IMG/VR virus record: IMGVR_UViG_3300032232_000240
Location: 1-58,061 of that record
Strand: one strand, 5' to 3'
Length of the DNA: 58,061 bases
Source of the DNA: a virus
Lineage: Duplodnaviria; Caudoviricetes
The number at the start of each line of letters is the position of its first letter. The stretch's first letter is position 1. Shown here piece after piece: positions 9,827 to 19,361 of this stretch. The notes below the pieces were generated by a model, which saw nothing but the letters and a program-made list of their open reading frames with translations, was not told the DNA's origin and did no database searches. The position numbers and the translations under genes are program-made.

Positions 9827-10897
9827 TTAAGCAGCGTTATACTTAGCAGTGACAATGCCTTCAGGACGCAAAATCTTGCGACCATAAAGATGCATACCAC
9901 GCACAATGTCAGCAAAGCTGTCAGGATCACGATAGGTTTCAGTCTTGGTGATTTGCTGAGCAGTTGCAATAGCCGAATCATGACCAGCAACCATTACACC
10001 AAAGTTGGAGTTTTGGTTAGCAGTACCCGTAGTGGCTGGACCCGTTCCCAATTTAGGAAGATTATTAGAAACATATACACGGAAACCGTGCAGGTTATTA
10101 ATAATCAAACCATTTTGTAGACCTTCGCCACCAAACAAGCCATTCAAAAGACGGCTGTCTTCGTCTTTAAGAAGCTCAACAAACACTGGATCAACAACAA
10201 GCCAGCGCCCTTGCGTGTCAACAAACTGTTGATCAAGCAAACGGCTCATCCGTGCAATAACTTGCAGTGGAGTTGCGGTTGAAGTGGAAGCAGCAGTAGC
10301 TCCGGGCAAACGTGGTGACAATGGGATTGAATGGTCGCCAGCAGAACCAGTGGTAATGTTACCAAAGTCGCCTTTCTTCAATTTCATTGTTGCAAGCAAT
10401 TCGTCTGAGCCAGCAGTGGTAATTGCTTTAGTACCGGGATAAGTGGTGCGAGCAGTATCAGAATTGACATGCTTAGCAGACTGGTAGTAACCCGACAGAT
10501 AGCCAAGAACGTCTTGGTCATACTGGTCACGCAGACGATAGGCTGCACGATCAGAAGCCATCTGCATGAAATTAACATGCGAATGTGCTGCTTCAATATC
10601 GTCAATCTTGAATGCGTAGTAGTTAGCTTGGTCAACAACCAGCGTAAAGTCTTCGTCAGTCAAGTCTTGTGCAGTAATTTGCGTACCGCGAGCATACGTC
10701 GTGACAGAAACTTCTGGTTCTTTAATGATTTTAACGCTATCGCCCATGTTAGCGATTTCGCCAAAATAATCACTATTGGTGATGTCTTCAACAGTCGAAG
10801 CTTTGCGGAACGCAAGCTGGACTTTTTTACTGTAGATTACAGGACTAAAATTACCATTAGGTAGGTTATTATATCCTGTGGCCTTTGGAAATGCCAT
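9827..10897 (-). CDS. Major capsid protein (HK97 fold)
   Basis: NLPNGNFSPVIYSKK start, GEIANMGDSVKI, C-terminal SFADIVRGMHLYGRKILRPE; AGGAG RBS; follows scaffold. Confidence 0.92.
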   Translation of the reverse strand: MAFPKATGYNNLPNGNFSPVIYSKKVQLAFRKASTVEDITNSDYFGEIANMGDSVKIIKEPEVSVTTYARGTQITAQDLTDEDFTLVVDQANYYAFKIDDIEAAHSHVNFMQMASDRAAYRLRDQYDQDVLGYLSGYYQSAKHVNSDTARTTYPGTKAITTAGSDELLATMKLKKGDFGNITTGSAGDHSIPLSPRLPGATAASTSTATPLQVIARMSRLLDQQFVDTQGRWLVVDPVFVELLKDEDSRLLNGLFGGEGLQNGLIINNLHGFRVYVSNNLPKLGTGPATTGTANQNSNFGVMVAGHDSAIATAQQITKTETYRDPDSFADIVRGMHLYGRKILRPEGIVTAKYNAA

Positions 10898-10945
10898 GAT
10901 AGTTCTCCTATAGTGTAGGCATAAATTAATACGCTCAACTTCCTA

Positions 10946-11073
10946 CAGGGGCTGTATTATCTAGGTGTAATGCTAAAGCATTAGGCTAGAAAGGAACAGG
11001 TGTCTCTGAATTTTGTTTTGTGCGTTGTACAAATAACGTAACTGAAGGTAGGTAAACCGGCTCCAGTTACGTT
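10946..11073 (-). promoter_or_regulatory. Structured capsid mRNA leader with three AGCC/YACCU internal-loop motifs
   Basis: Hairpins at 11035-11073 and 10960-10990 plus an enclosing helix (10946-10955 with 10996-11008). Confidence 0.55.
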
Positions 11074-11115
11074 GATGAAAAGAGATATAACAATATTTTG
11101 TTGTTATGTCAATAC

Positions 11116-11964
11116 TTAACGAGCCGCTCCGCTCAAATCATATACAAATTTACCAGAAGCTTGTGCTTTTTGAATATCTTCCATAGCAGCTTCAAATTGC
11201 TTAGAAGACATTTTAGCCACTTGAGATTCGTAAATAACTCCTTCAAGACTGCTCTCATCTGGAGTTGATCTATTTCCTCTAGTAACTATACTTTTAGCCG
11301 CTTCTTTGTAGTCAGATGTTTTTTTCTTGCCTATGCCCTTGTCTGCTTTGTACAAGTCAATAGCTCTGGCAGCAGAGCGAGCGTCGTTATCATTATCATA
11401 AAGAGCATTTTGAATCCATTGTGGTTGTTCCTCTACCCATGTATGAAAATCATCTGAATTACGAATGTTGTCAAAGTCTGGATGGAGTTTCATAAGCTCC
11501 ATTTCTGCTTTGCTTCTAACTGTTTCTTTTTCTCTTTCATCCAAAGCGCGGAGACGTTCCTCAATACTTGCAGATTGTTCTTTAGCTTTTTTAATTGCAA
11601 TGGTTTCTACAATTTTAGCTACGTCTGGGTATGTTTCTGCCCAAGCAGCAAGTTCTTCTTCACTTTTAGGAAGTTGAATTTGTTGTTCAGTTGATTGTTG
11701 AAGTTGTTTATTTAGGTCATCAATTTGACGCTTAAGTTTGTTTTCTTGTTCTTGAGCATGCCTACGAAGATCGCCATAACGCTTCTTAAATGTTTTTTCT
11801 TCAGCGTCTTGTGGTTCTTGTTCTTGCTCTTCTTGTTCTGGAACATTTCCTTTTTCCAAAACAGCAATTTCTGCTTCTTCTTGTTCAATGCGTTCTTTAT
11901 TGGCATTTCTTTTACCAAATGCGGAAGCAACTGTTTTCTGTTCTTGTTCGATTACCATTTCCAT
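11116..11964 (-). CDS. Capsid scaffolding protein
   Basis: Acidic coiled coil, FKKRYGDLRRH, HPDF motif; directly upstream of MCP. Confidence 0.8.
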   Translation of the reverse strand: MEMVIEQEQKTVASAFGKRNANKERIEQEEAEIAVLEKGNVPEQEEQEQEPQDAEEKTFKKRYGDLRRHAQEQENKLKRQIDDLNKQLQQSTEQQIQLPKSEEELAAWAETYPDVAKIVETIAIKKAKEQSASIEERLRALDEREKETVRSKAEMELMKLHPDFDNIRNSDDFHTWVEEQPQWIQNALYDNDNDARSAARAIDLYKADKGIGKKKTSDYKEAAKSIVTRGNRSTPDESSLEGVIYESQVAKMSSKQFEAAMEDIQKAQASGKFVYDLSGAAR

Positions 11965-11978
11965 AAAAGTCCTTAAAG

Positions 11979-12043
11979 TTGGGCTGCACTTGCAGGTCGC
12001 AAATGACGAAGATTATTATTAAACATTTAACTGGCTTCGTCAA
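11979..12043 (-). promoter_or_regulatory. Scaffold leader: TTGACG-initiated hairpin plus a fourth internal-loop motif just upstream of the RBS
   Basis: TGACGAAG...CTTCGTCA stem; TTG-CGAC-CTGC-AAGT-GCAG-CC-CAA hairpin, then AAGGA RBS. Confidence 0.5.
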
Positions 12044-12046
12044 CAG

Positions 12047-13909
12047 TTAAATTGATTTGTATCCAGTAGGTACAGGTAGTAAAGATGTTTGGTTAATGTA
12101 GGGAATGTATGTAGTGAGTCCTCCTTCATTTTGCATTTTTTGCATTCTAAACCCTTTAATTGGGGCGTTTGCATAAGTTGCTTTTGCTGAAGATGTTGGA
12201 GTAGTTATTGTTTTGTTTGTAGAATCTAAAGCTGAACCAGCCGCAGCTACACCCGCAACTGCTGTTCCAATCTTTACAATGTTTTCTCCAGAAATCGTAG
12301 GTTTTGAAGAAGCATTGCCAAGTATATTAGATGTAGTTTCATTTAATTGAGAAGTGCCTAAAGTTCCTCCCAATCCTTTATTTACACCAGTAACATCCAA
12401 AGTTGCTACATTACCAATAGACGTATTTCCCATAATATTAGAAGCGCCACTACCAATTTCTCCCAACATTCCACCGTATGTGTTGGTAGCACCTAAATCA
12501 GTAACATTACCAAGAGTTGTATTTCCCATAATATTACTTACACCACTTCCGACATCTCCCAACATTCCTTCTTGTGTAGTTGGTGTAAACGTAGAGGCAG
12601 TAGTAGTTGTTTTTCCCGGCATAAAAGCTTCTTTACTAAAGGGTTCAAACAATTCATTTGTTTGATCATTTATGGAAGAAACAGTAGTAGTTCCTGCACC
12701 AGCAAGTGCCTCTTCTGTTTGTTTATTTATATTAGTAATTCCACTAAGAGGATTATCAACTGAGAATGTTTCTATACCTAATGCTTTAGACAAAGCGTCT
12801 GTATTTTCAGGAGCAGATGTTAAAGTTGTTGGTGTTATTTCAAATGAACTTTTAAAAGGGTTTGCTTCTGTAACAGGGGCTGGTTCTCTAAGATCTACCT
12901 TTGCTGTTTTAAGTCCCTCTAAAGCACCAAAGACAGTACCCGTAGTTACATCTTGATCTGAAAGAGAAGCACTCACTCCACCTTTAACAGCATTACCAAG
13001 AACATCAGCAACTTTGCCACTAATTCCAGTTAGTTGTTCTACAACAACTCCAGCGTCAGTTAATGCTTTAATACCACTAGCAACTGTACCTAAATCTTCT
13101 AGTTTGTCTGCACTAACAAGAGCATCATAAGCTAAAGCTTGTTTTGCTGTATCAACAGCTTTATAAACACCAGCAATTTCACTAAGGCCAAAAGTTACAG
13201 CAGCAGGTGCTACAGCTTGGAAAACATCACTTGCGTTTTTAATATTACCAGCAAGTGCTTGCGCTCCTAAATTAAGAGCAGCGCCACCAACGGCTGTAGC
13301 AGCACCAGCACTTGCACCTGCTCCTAATATAGAACTACCAATAGCAGTACCAACCCCAGTTGCTGCTAACGCAAGAGCAACAATTGGTAAGTAAGGAGCA
13401 AGGCTTTCCTGTACTTCACCAAAACCAGACTTGCTATATTCTTGCATTGGCAATGCAATGCTTGTACCATCTGCTAATTTTATTGACTGGAGAGTGTAAT
13501 CAGAATAACCATCACCTTCTCCTGTAGAAGCAAACTTGTATGCAGGGATTTCTTTGTTGTTTTTGGAATTAAAATATTTATTATTAACATGGAACGGTAT
13601 TAAAGGAGTTCCTGCACCATAATAATTTCCAAGAGGAGTTCCTTCTTTATAAACAAGTTGGCCGTTTTTTAATTCAGCTTGACCAGCAAATTTTGGGGTA
13701 ATTCCCGGAACAACTGTAATATCTCTAAGATCGGTTACTCCATAATCTCTTGCTAAAGATGTAGCAATATTATTAATATGCGTATCAGCATCTACTGGTG
13801 ATCTGTTTTGATAAATGTTTACATTATTTTGTAACCCAACAGATTGCATTGCGCCCATTTGAGCGCGAAGAGCATCAATGTTCTTTTGAACATCTGCATT
13901 ATTCGCCAT
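12047..13909 (-). CDS. Putative internal virion/ejection protein with Gly/Ala-rich hydrophobic helices
   Basis: 620 aa; LPIVALALAATGVG segment; duplicated GMLG[DE][VI]GSGxSNIMGNT. Confidence 0.6.
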   Translation of the reverse strand: MANNADVQKNIDALRAQMGAMQSVGLQNNVNIYQNRSPVDADTHINNIATSLARDYGVTDLRDITVVPGITPKFAGQAELKNGQLVYKEGTPLGNYYGAGTPLIPFHVNNKYFNSKNNKEIPAYKFASTGEGDGYSDYTLQSIKLADGTSIALPMQEYSKSGFGEVQESLAPYLPIVALALAATGVGTAIGSSILGAGASAGAATAVGGAALNLGAQALAGNIKNASDVFQAVAPAAVTFGLSEIAGVYKAVDTAKQALAYDALVSADKLEDLGTVASGIKALTDAGVVVEQLTGISGKVADVLGNAVKGGVSASLSDQDVTTGTVFGALEGLKTAKVDLREPAPVTEANPFKSSFEITPTTLTSAPENTDALSKALGIETFSVDNPLSGITNINKQTEEALAGAGTTTVSSINDQTNELFEPFSKEAFMPGKTTTTASTFTPTTQEGMLGDVGSGVSNIMGNTTLGNVTDLGATNTYGGMLGEIGSGASNIMGNTSIGNVATLDVTGVNKGLGGTLGTSQLNETTSNILGNASSKPTISGENIVKIGTAVAGVAAAGSALDSTNKTITTPTSSAKATYANAPIKGFRMQKMQNEGGLTTYIPYINQTSLLPVPTGYKSI

Positions 13910-14270
13910 TATTCAACACCTTGTCCACTTCAGAAGAAAACATTTCATCATCCATTTCTTCTTCACCATGTAAAGCTTCTGGATTTTCTACTTCATCAGA
14001 ATTACCCATTTGACCGATGTCATTCATGCGCTGCAAGCCTCTCTTTGCCATGTCACGAATTTCCATTAGTTTTTCTAAACCAATGTAACGAACAACGTCA
14101 GCAGGGAATACAAACTCCCCTTCGCTAAGTTTTGCATCAACATCATCTCTCACTTCTTTTTGAAGAGCGCCGGGAGGAACGTCATTACCACTTTCTTTAT
14201 CTATACTGCCACCATCTTGTTTAAGACCACCAGCTTTAAAAAGATTTTTGCTTTGTTTAATTGCATCCAT
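13899..14270 (-). CDS. Portal-linked protein with DDVDAKLSEGEFV domain
   Basis: Motif resembles the FAxGG...SDSIPAxLSxGExV module recalled from tape-measure proteins. Confidence 0.65.
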   Translation of the reverse strand: MDAIKQSKNLFKAGGLKQDGGSIDKESGNDVPPGALQKEVRDDVDAKLSEGEFVFPADVVRYIGLEKLMEIRDMAKRGLQRMNDIGQMGNSDEVENPEALHGEEEMDDEMFSSEVDKVLNNGE

Positions 14271-14472
14271 TTACAACATCCTTAAGATTTTGAAACTGTC
14301 TAAGCGTTGCTAATGCGCCTTGAGCTTTATGCAGTTCTGCTACATTACCTGTTTGTTCCATAATCTTATGTTGTCTTTCAATATAGAAGTCAACAAGTTC
14401 AGAAAACACTTGCCATTGAGGAACGGAATTTACAAACGGCTTAAGTTTTTGGTACTGCTCTGCATTAAACAT
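14257..14472 (-). CDS. Small hypothetical protein downstream of portal
   Basis: 71 aa helical ORF tightly packed between neighbours, LHKAQG motif. Confidence 0.7.
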   Translation of the reverse strand: MFNAEQYQKLKPFVNSVPQWQVFSELVDFYIERQHKIMEQTGNVAELHKAQGALATLRQFQNLKDVVNGCN

Positions 14473-14477
14473 TTATA

Positions 14478-16592
14478 TTAACCTTGTGGTGGTGCTGCCG
14501 GTGGAGGAGCGCCTTGCGGAGCGGCTGAGAATCCCTGTTCTCCGGGCACAGGAGCGGCTCCAACACCAATGTTGCCACCACCCCCTCCAGTCATGTCAGC
14601 GACTGATGGTGGGCCTCCTACCCCTTGTGGGGGCGCAACTCCAGCAGGTGGTGCTGGCGGCTGTGTTTGCCGCAAGATTTCTGCCTGTCGCATTGCCTCA
14701 TCCATGTTGTTTGTAACTTTGTCTGGGTCCAAATCCATTGCTTTTGCAATTTCTCTAATGATATACGGAAACTTAGCAAACGGCATAAGAGAAGGACTAC
14801 TAGCAATCTGTAAGAATTGCATAAGCCGTTGACTTCTCACTTCGTTTGCCATCAGGCTTTCTGTACCTCTAGCATTAACTTCTAAATCGCCTTTGATGGT
14901 TTGGTCAAAGTCAAACTGCATATTAAAACTAAAAAATGCTTTTCCAATTGGTGAAAGCAAGTAGTCATCAAAGTTTTTAATAACTGTCTTTATGCTGCCG
15001 CCAGCGGCATTCATCAACATACTAATACCAGATGCTGTTCTACCTACACCACTTACACCTGTCTGTCCATGTGCAAAAGAAGGCATACCTGTTGATTCAT
15101 CTGCAAGCTGTCTTGCCTTGTCAAAAAGCTGCAAATTTTCTTGCGAAACATTAGGAAACTTTGTTCCAAAAATAGCCTGTCCCGGTGCGCCACCTTGTCT
15201 TCTAAACACTTTGCCGGGAAACACTTGCATGTCTTGACCCGGAACCAAATTGGTTTCGTCTACTTCAAAAACCAAATTACCAGAAAGAACAGCATTATCC
15301 ACAGCCATACGCATAAACCCATTCATTAGAGTTTGGGTGTCTTCCATATTCTCTGCAATGCCAACACCAGCAAGTGAATATGGATTAAGTTCATACGGAA
15401 CAGCGTAATAAGGAATCTTTGCTGGTTTAAACGGGTTAAGTACAAATCTGATGATTTTTCCATTACAAAACCAAATATTTGCTTGAAGTTCTTCTAGCTC
15501 TTGATATTCATCTGGAACATTAATGTCGTTTTCTTCCAGCAAGTCAATATCAATGTTGCCCCAGTATTCTAGCACTTCAAATCTATCAACCCCGAAGTTG
15601 GGCTGGTAGTCGCGGATATCGTCCTCCCAATACTTTTTAACATAGCCTTCGCCTTGTTCGATAATGTTGTCGATGACATTGGCTCTGAAGAAGGGGCGAC
15701 GTTTAAGAGCGCGAAGTTGGGTCCGACTAAGCTTATGTCTTTCAATGACGTATTGGCAGTTTTCAGTGTTGTTTGTGTCCGGGTCCCAATAGAAGTTCCA
15801 TATACTGACATGCGAAGCTTCTGGCACTGTCTTGATACTAGGATTGTATTTACCATCCTCACCCCATCTTGGATATTCTTTATTTGTTGCAAACGGTCCT
15901 TTCATAACGCCAGTGCCAAACAAAGCACATTCAAAAGCCGCTGCTCTCAAATGTTTAGTTGCCCCGCTTTCATCTAGCTGGTCATGAATTTTCTTTTCCA
16001 TTTTCTTTGCAGCAACCATTGCAGGATAGAAAGTTGCTGCTGTTGGTGTAACGCCGGGACCTTCTTTGAGATTTGAAATTCCCGACAAATCTTCTTTAAG
16101 CGACCCCAAAAGAGTTTCCAATTGATCAAGACCAAATCCTGCGCCAATACCGGCACTTCCTTCTTCTCCAAAAGGGATTTCAGTTGGAGATGTAGGAGCC
16201 GGTGGTTTATTGGCAGGGGCTTCTTTTGGATCAAAATGAACAGCCTCAATAACACCTTCTGGAAGAACAGTTGGATCAACACTAAGAGGAAATCTATTGT
16301 TTGCAAAAAGAACGTCTACAATTTGACCGTAAGCAGCCAAAACTTTTGTCTTGGTCACTTTAATAAACACACGCGATTTTTCAGTTTCAGTGAATTGAAC
16401 ATCAGAACTATAAATACCACGATAATTGCGATAGGCTCGCAACCATCTGTCTTCGTCTTTACGTCTGCTTTCTTCAGCTTTACTATATCTTTGTTCAACA
16501 AAACTAATAACGCTTTGAGCTTCTGGTGTAGCAAAAGACCCATCAGAAATATCATCTAGGGCTAATTGTTTATCAGTCATCATATCTGCCAT
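14478..16592 (-). CDS. Portal (head-tail connector) protein
   Basis: 704 aa after TerL; FGTGVMKGP, GVGIAE, RTASGISML; Pro-rich tail. Confidence 0.88.
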   Translation of the reverse strand: MADMMTDKQLALDDISDGSFATPEAQSVISFVEQRYSKAEESRRKDEDRWLRAYRNYRGIYSSDVQFTETEKSRVFIKVTKTKVLAAYGQIVDVLFANNRFPLSVDPTVLPEGVIEAVHFDPKEAPANKPPAPTSPTEIPFGEEGSAGIGAGFGLDQLETLLGSLKEDLSGISNLKEGPGVTPTAATFYPAMVAAKKMEKKIHDQLDESGATKHLRAAAFECALFGTGVMKGPFATNKEYPRWGEDGKYNPSIKTVPEASHVSIWNFYWDPDTNNTENCQYVIERHKLSRTQLRALKRRPFFRANVIDNIIEQGEGYVKKYWEDDIRDYQPNFGVDRFEVLEYWGNIDIDLLEENDINVPDEYQELEELQANIWFCNGKIIRFVLNPFKPAKIPYYAVPYELNPYSLAGVGIAENMEDTQTLMNGFMRMAVDNAVLSGNLVFEVDETNLVPGQDMQVFPGKVFRRQGGAPGQAIFGTKFPNVSQENLQLFDKARQLADESTGMPSFAHGQTGVSGVGRTASGISMLMNAAGGSIKTVIKNFDDYLLSPIGKAFFSFNMQFDFDQTIKGDLEVNARGTESLMANEVRSQRLMQFLQIASSPSLMPFAKFPYIIREIAKAMDLDPDKVTNNMDEAMRQAEILRQTQPPAPPAGVAPPQGVGGPPSVADMTGGGGGNIGVGAAPVPGEQGFSAAPQGAPPPAAPPQG

Positions 16593-16601
16593 TATCTATT
16601 C

Positions 16602-18188
16602 CTAATATCCAAATGTGGCATCTGCAATTTTCATTCCAGAATGACTAGAAGCTAAAGGATCATAGTCCCACAAACTACTTCTAGGTCTACTCATAATTCC
16701 ATAACGTAATGCATCATACAAATGATCTTCAGCATGCGTATCAATATCTTCTGGATTCTTTTTATCTAACGGAAGTATTGGTAATTGTGCAATAATATTT
16801 GTGCAATTACTTGTTATAACCATTCGCGGTTCTTCTGTAAACGGATCAAGCTGCAAACGTCTGTGTATCTCATTCTTTCCACTAACTCTACTACCAGCAC
16901 TTCTATCAGACGGCCGCCATCTACAACCCTCTAATATCATTTGTTCTGCTAAAGAAGGTCCAGTGTCCCCTCTTTTATGCCAACAACTGCTATCTAATAC
17001 ACCATATCTAATAGTACCGTCGTTTTCTTCTGCTCTCAATACCATATGGGCAAGGTCTTTTGCCAATACTTTTCTGACATATAACTCTCTATATACCACA
17101 AGTTGTTCAGAAGGGGACACGGCAAACCACACAACAGCACTGAAACTCCCGTAACCATAATCGCACGAACGAAACTTTGTCCAATTTTTAGGTATGTCGA
17201 AAGGGGATACAACATGTATTTGCCTATTAAATTCAGGAAATGCCGCTCCTTCAGCAACATCCCAATTACCTTCTAGTAATTGTTTTCTTTGATATTCTGG
17301 AAGAGACAACAACATTGTTTCATAATCACCGCTCTCAGCCAAGTAAGGATTATCAATCAACATTGCAGGTATAAACCGACGCTTAAACAGCGGCAATCCT
17401 TCTTTTGAATGTCCAACAGGGTATTGTAGTGTTGACCCACTTTCAATATCTGTTGCCCAAAAGGATTTACCAGCCGGTGCTGGATCAATAAACATCTTTT
17501 TAACCCATGAATGGCCGGGACCACCGGGGTTAGTTGTTGCTCGCATGAAAATGGGCAAATCACTAGCGGGAGTACGCAAGCGAGAACGCATGTAATTCCA
17601 TGCAAACGGAGTAGACCACTGCGTTAATTCATCAAAACCAATCCAGCTAAACGCCAATCCCTGATATCGAAGTACATCCTCGTCTCTATCTAGATATGAC
17701 ATCCACAATCTTGCTCCAGAAGGAGCTTGCCACTGCATCTTTCTTTCACTCCACTTAATACCGGGGTATATTTGTGGATACATTTCTTGGCTTTTCCAGA
17801 TTAGTTCTCTAAGTTCCTCTGTTGTGTGGCGTAAGAGAAGACCAGAAAACTGAGGGTGGCCCAAATAACGTAAGGGATCAGCCAACATTGCATACGATTT
17901 ACCGCCTCCTGCCGCACCGCCATATAACACTTCTCTTTCATTAGCTGCCAAGAATGATGTTTGTGGTCCTGCATTGGGCTTGAATATAACATTTTGTGTT
18001 TGCTCTTGCTCTTTAATGCTCTCTGGTTGGATCGAAACTATTGATGGCTTTCCAGATGTCTGATTCAAAGAACTCTGGGGGCTTTGTGCCGATTCTTTCT
18101 TCGTATTGTTCCGCTTTCTGGAGGGCTTTTTGATATTTCCGGGCAATGTTGCGGTACGTTGTAGACTTTCTTTTGTGGGATTGCTCAC
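16602..18188 (-). CDS. terL: Terminase large subunit (start uncertain)
   Basis: Walker A YGGAAGGGKS, Walker B IGFDE, ATTNPGG coupling motif, nuclease DYGY and EDHLYDALRY. Confidence 0.95.
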   Translation of the reverse strand: MSNPTKESLQRTATLPGNIKKPSRKRNNTKKESAQSPQSSLNQTSGKPSIVSIQPESIKEQEQTQNVIFKPNAGPQTSFLAANEREVLYGGAAGGGKSYAMLADPLRYLGHPQFSGLLLRHTTEELRELIWKSQEMYPQIYPGIKWSERKMQWQAPSGARLWMSYLDRDEDVLRYQGLAFSWIGFDELTQWSTPFAWNYMRSRLRTPASDLPIFMRATTNPGGPGHSWVKKMFIDPAPAGKSFWATDIESGSTLQYPVGHSKEGLPLFKRRFIPAMLIDNPYLAESGDYETMLLSLPEYQRKQLLEGNWDVAEGAAFPEFNRQIHVVSPFDIPKNWTKFRSCDYGYGSFSAVVWFAVSPSEQLVVYRELYVRKVLAKDLAHMVLRAEENDGTIRYGVLDSSCWHKRGDTGPSLAEQMILEGCRWRPSDRSAGSRVSGKNEIHRRLQLDPFTEEPRMVITSNCTNIIAQLPILPLDKKNPEDIDTHAEDHLYDALRYGIMSRPRSSLWDYDPLASSHSGMKIADATFGY

Positions 18189-18459
18189 TTTTTATTCTTT
18201 TTGATAAACCAACATGAGAAATGGGGCGTCCAGTTAGTGTTGTTAACCAATTAGCCACTTCCCGTAATGAATATTGCTTTAAATGCTTCTTTGCTTGTTC
18301 CAAAGCTTCAAGTTCTGAAGGAATTGGAATGAGCCATTCATCATCTTTATGTTCAACTTTATATCCAAACGGAATTGTTCTACTTATCCTTGGTATTTTA
18401 ACGTATTCTTTGTTTTTAGGTTGAGGCAATATCCACTTCCCCAGTCCTCGCTCAGCCAT
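18013..18459 (-). CDS. HTH-type DNA-binding protein, possible packaging accessory
   Basis: IPFGY motif and YSLREVANWL...ISHVGL helix-turn-helix-like segment; AAGGAG RBS. Confidence 0.6.
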   Translation of the reverse strand: MAERGLGKWILPQPKNKEYVKIPRISRTIPFGYKVEHKDDEWLIPIPSELEALEQAKKHLKQYSLREVANWLTTLTGRPISHVGLSKRIKSEQSHKRKSTTYRNIARKYQKALQKAEQYEERIGTKPPEFFESDIWKAINSFDPTREH

Positions 18460-18467
18460 AACACTCC

Positions 18468-18836
18468 TTAGTCTTCTGAAACATCCTTAGTTGGCAATAT
18501 CATAACACCATTAGTGCTTTCAACTTGCACTTTTTCTGTCTTAGTAAAGCCAGCCCTATCTAGCATGTCTTTAGCAGCGTTAAGTTTTTCTTTAATACCC
18601 AATTCTGTAGGAGAAACAATGCCGCTAACAATTGCTGCTGCTGCTCTAGGCGCATTCATAGCAATGTATAGCTGTGTAGCTTCAGCAATTTCATCTTTCA
18701 AACCGCTAACAACTTCTCTGGTGCTGTAGTCTTGAGTATATCCAGCAAGTTGTTTAGCAATTAGAGGATTGCCGCCAGCTTCATCAAACAATACGGAGAG
18801 AAACTTTTTTTGTTTCTCATTAAGTTCTCTAGCCAT
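18468..18836 (-). CDS. Putative terminase small subunit
   Basis: LNEKQKKFL...AKQLAGY N-terminal HTH and AAKDMLDRAG motif typical of TerS; upstream of TerL. Confidence 0.65.
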   Translation of the reverse strand: MARELNEKQKKFLSVLFDEAGGNPLIAKQLAGYTQDYSTREVVSGLKDEIAEATQLYIAMNAPRAAAAIVSGIVSPTELGIKEKLNAAKDMLDRAGFTKTEKVQVESTNGVMILPTKDVSED

Positions 18837-19014
18837 TTTTCATTCCTTTAAGCGTGATAGCAAGCCTTGCGCGTTTAGCAGTTTTTCCACCACCTTTTGC
18901 AGCTTTTTCGAGAAGTTTTGTAGGAATTGTTTCATCTTTTTTCATTTTTAAAGTTTTACGCAAAGCACCGGGTTTTTCGATAGCGTCTTCAATCCAATTT
19001 TTTTTAGTAGCCAT
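18829..19014 (-). CDS. Small basic protein
   Basis: WIEDAIEKPGALRK...KRARLAITL; AAGGA RBS; overlaps next gene. Confidence 0.65.
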   Translation of the reverse strand: MATKKNWIEDAIEKPGALRKTLKMKKDETIPTKLLEKAAKGGGKTAKRARLAITLKGMKNG

Positions 19015-19023
19015 TTTCTTTCC

Positions 19024-19359
19024 TTAATTAACCACAGAATATTCTTCTTCAACGCGAAGAGTAATATTAACAGAACTGTTTGCACTAGCCAACCCTCTTA
19101 TCTTATCTGCTGCTTGAAGAATAAGAGGATCTGTAATTTGGACGGTAGTATTAGCTGGTAACACACTATTGTAAAACATACTATATGTTACAGCGTCTGT
19201 TGCTGAATACCATTGTAAAGTGAATGTAACAGTACCACTAGTAATATTACTAATAATAATTGAATCTATAATGGAAGTAAAACTATTAGGAACAGTATAA
19301 ATATCTTGACTAGATGTAGTCAATACTTTTCCTAGTGTTTTGGAGCGTACTGATGGCAT
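19024..19359 (-). CDS. Small beta-rich virion-associated protein
   Basis: IYTVP...IIISN pattern; late-arm location. Confidence 0.55.
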   Translation of the reverse strand: MPSVRSKTLGKVLTTSSQDIYTVPNSFTSIIDSIIISNITSGTVTFTLQWYSATDAVTYSMFYNSVLPANTTVQITDPLILQAADKIRGLASANSSVNITLRVEEEYSVVN

Positions 19360-19361
19360 AA

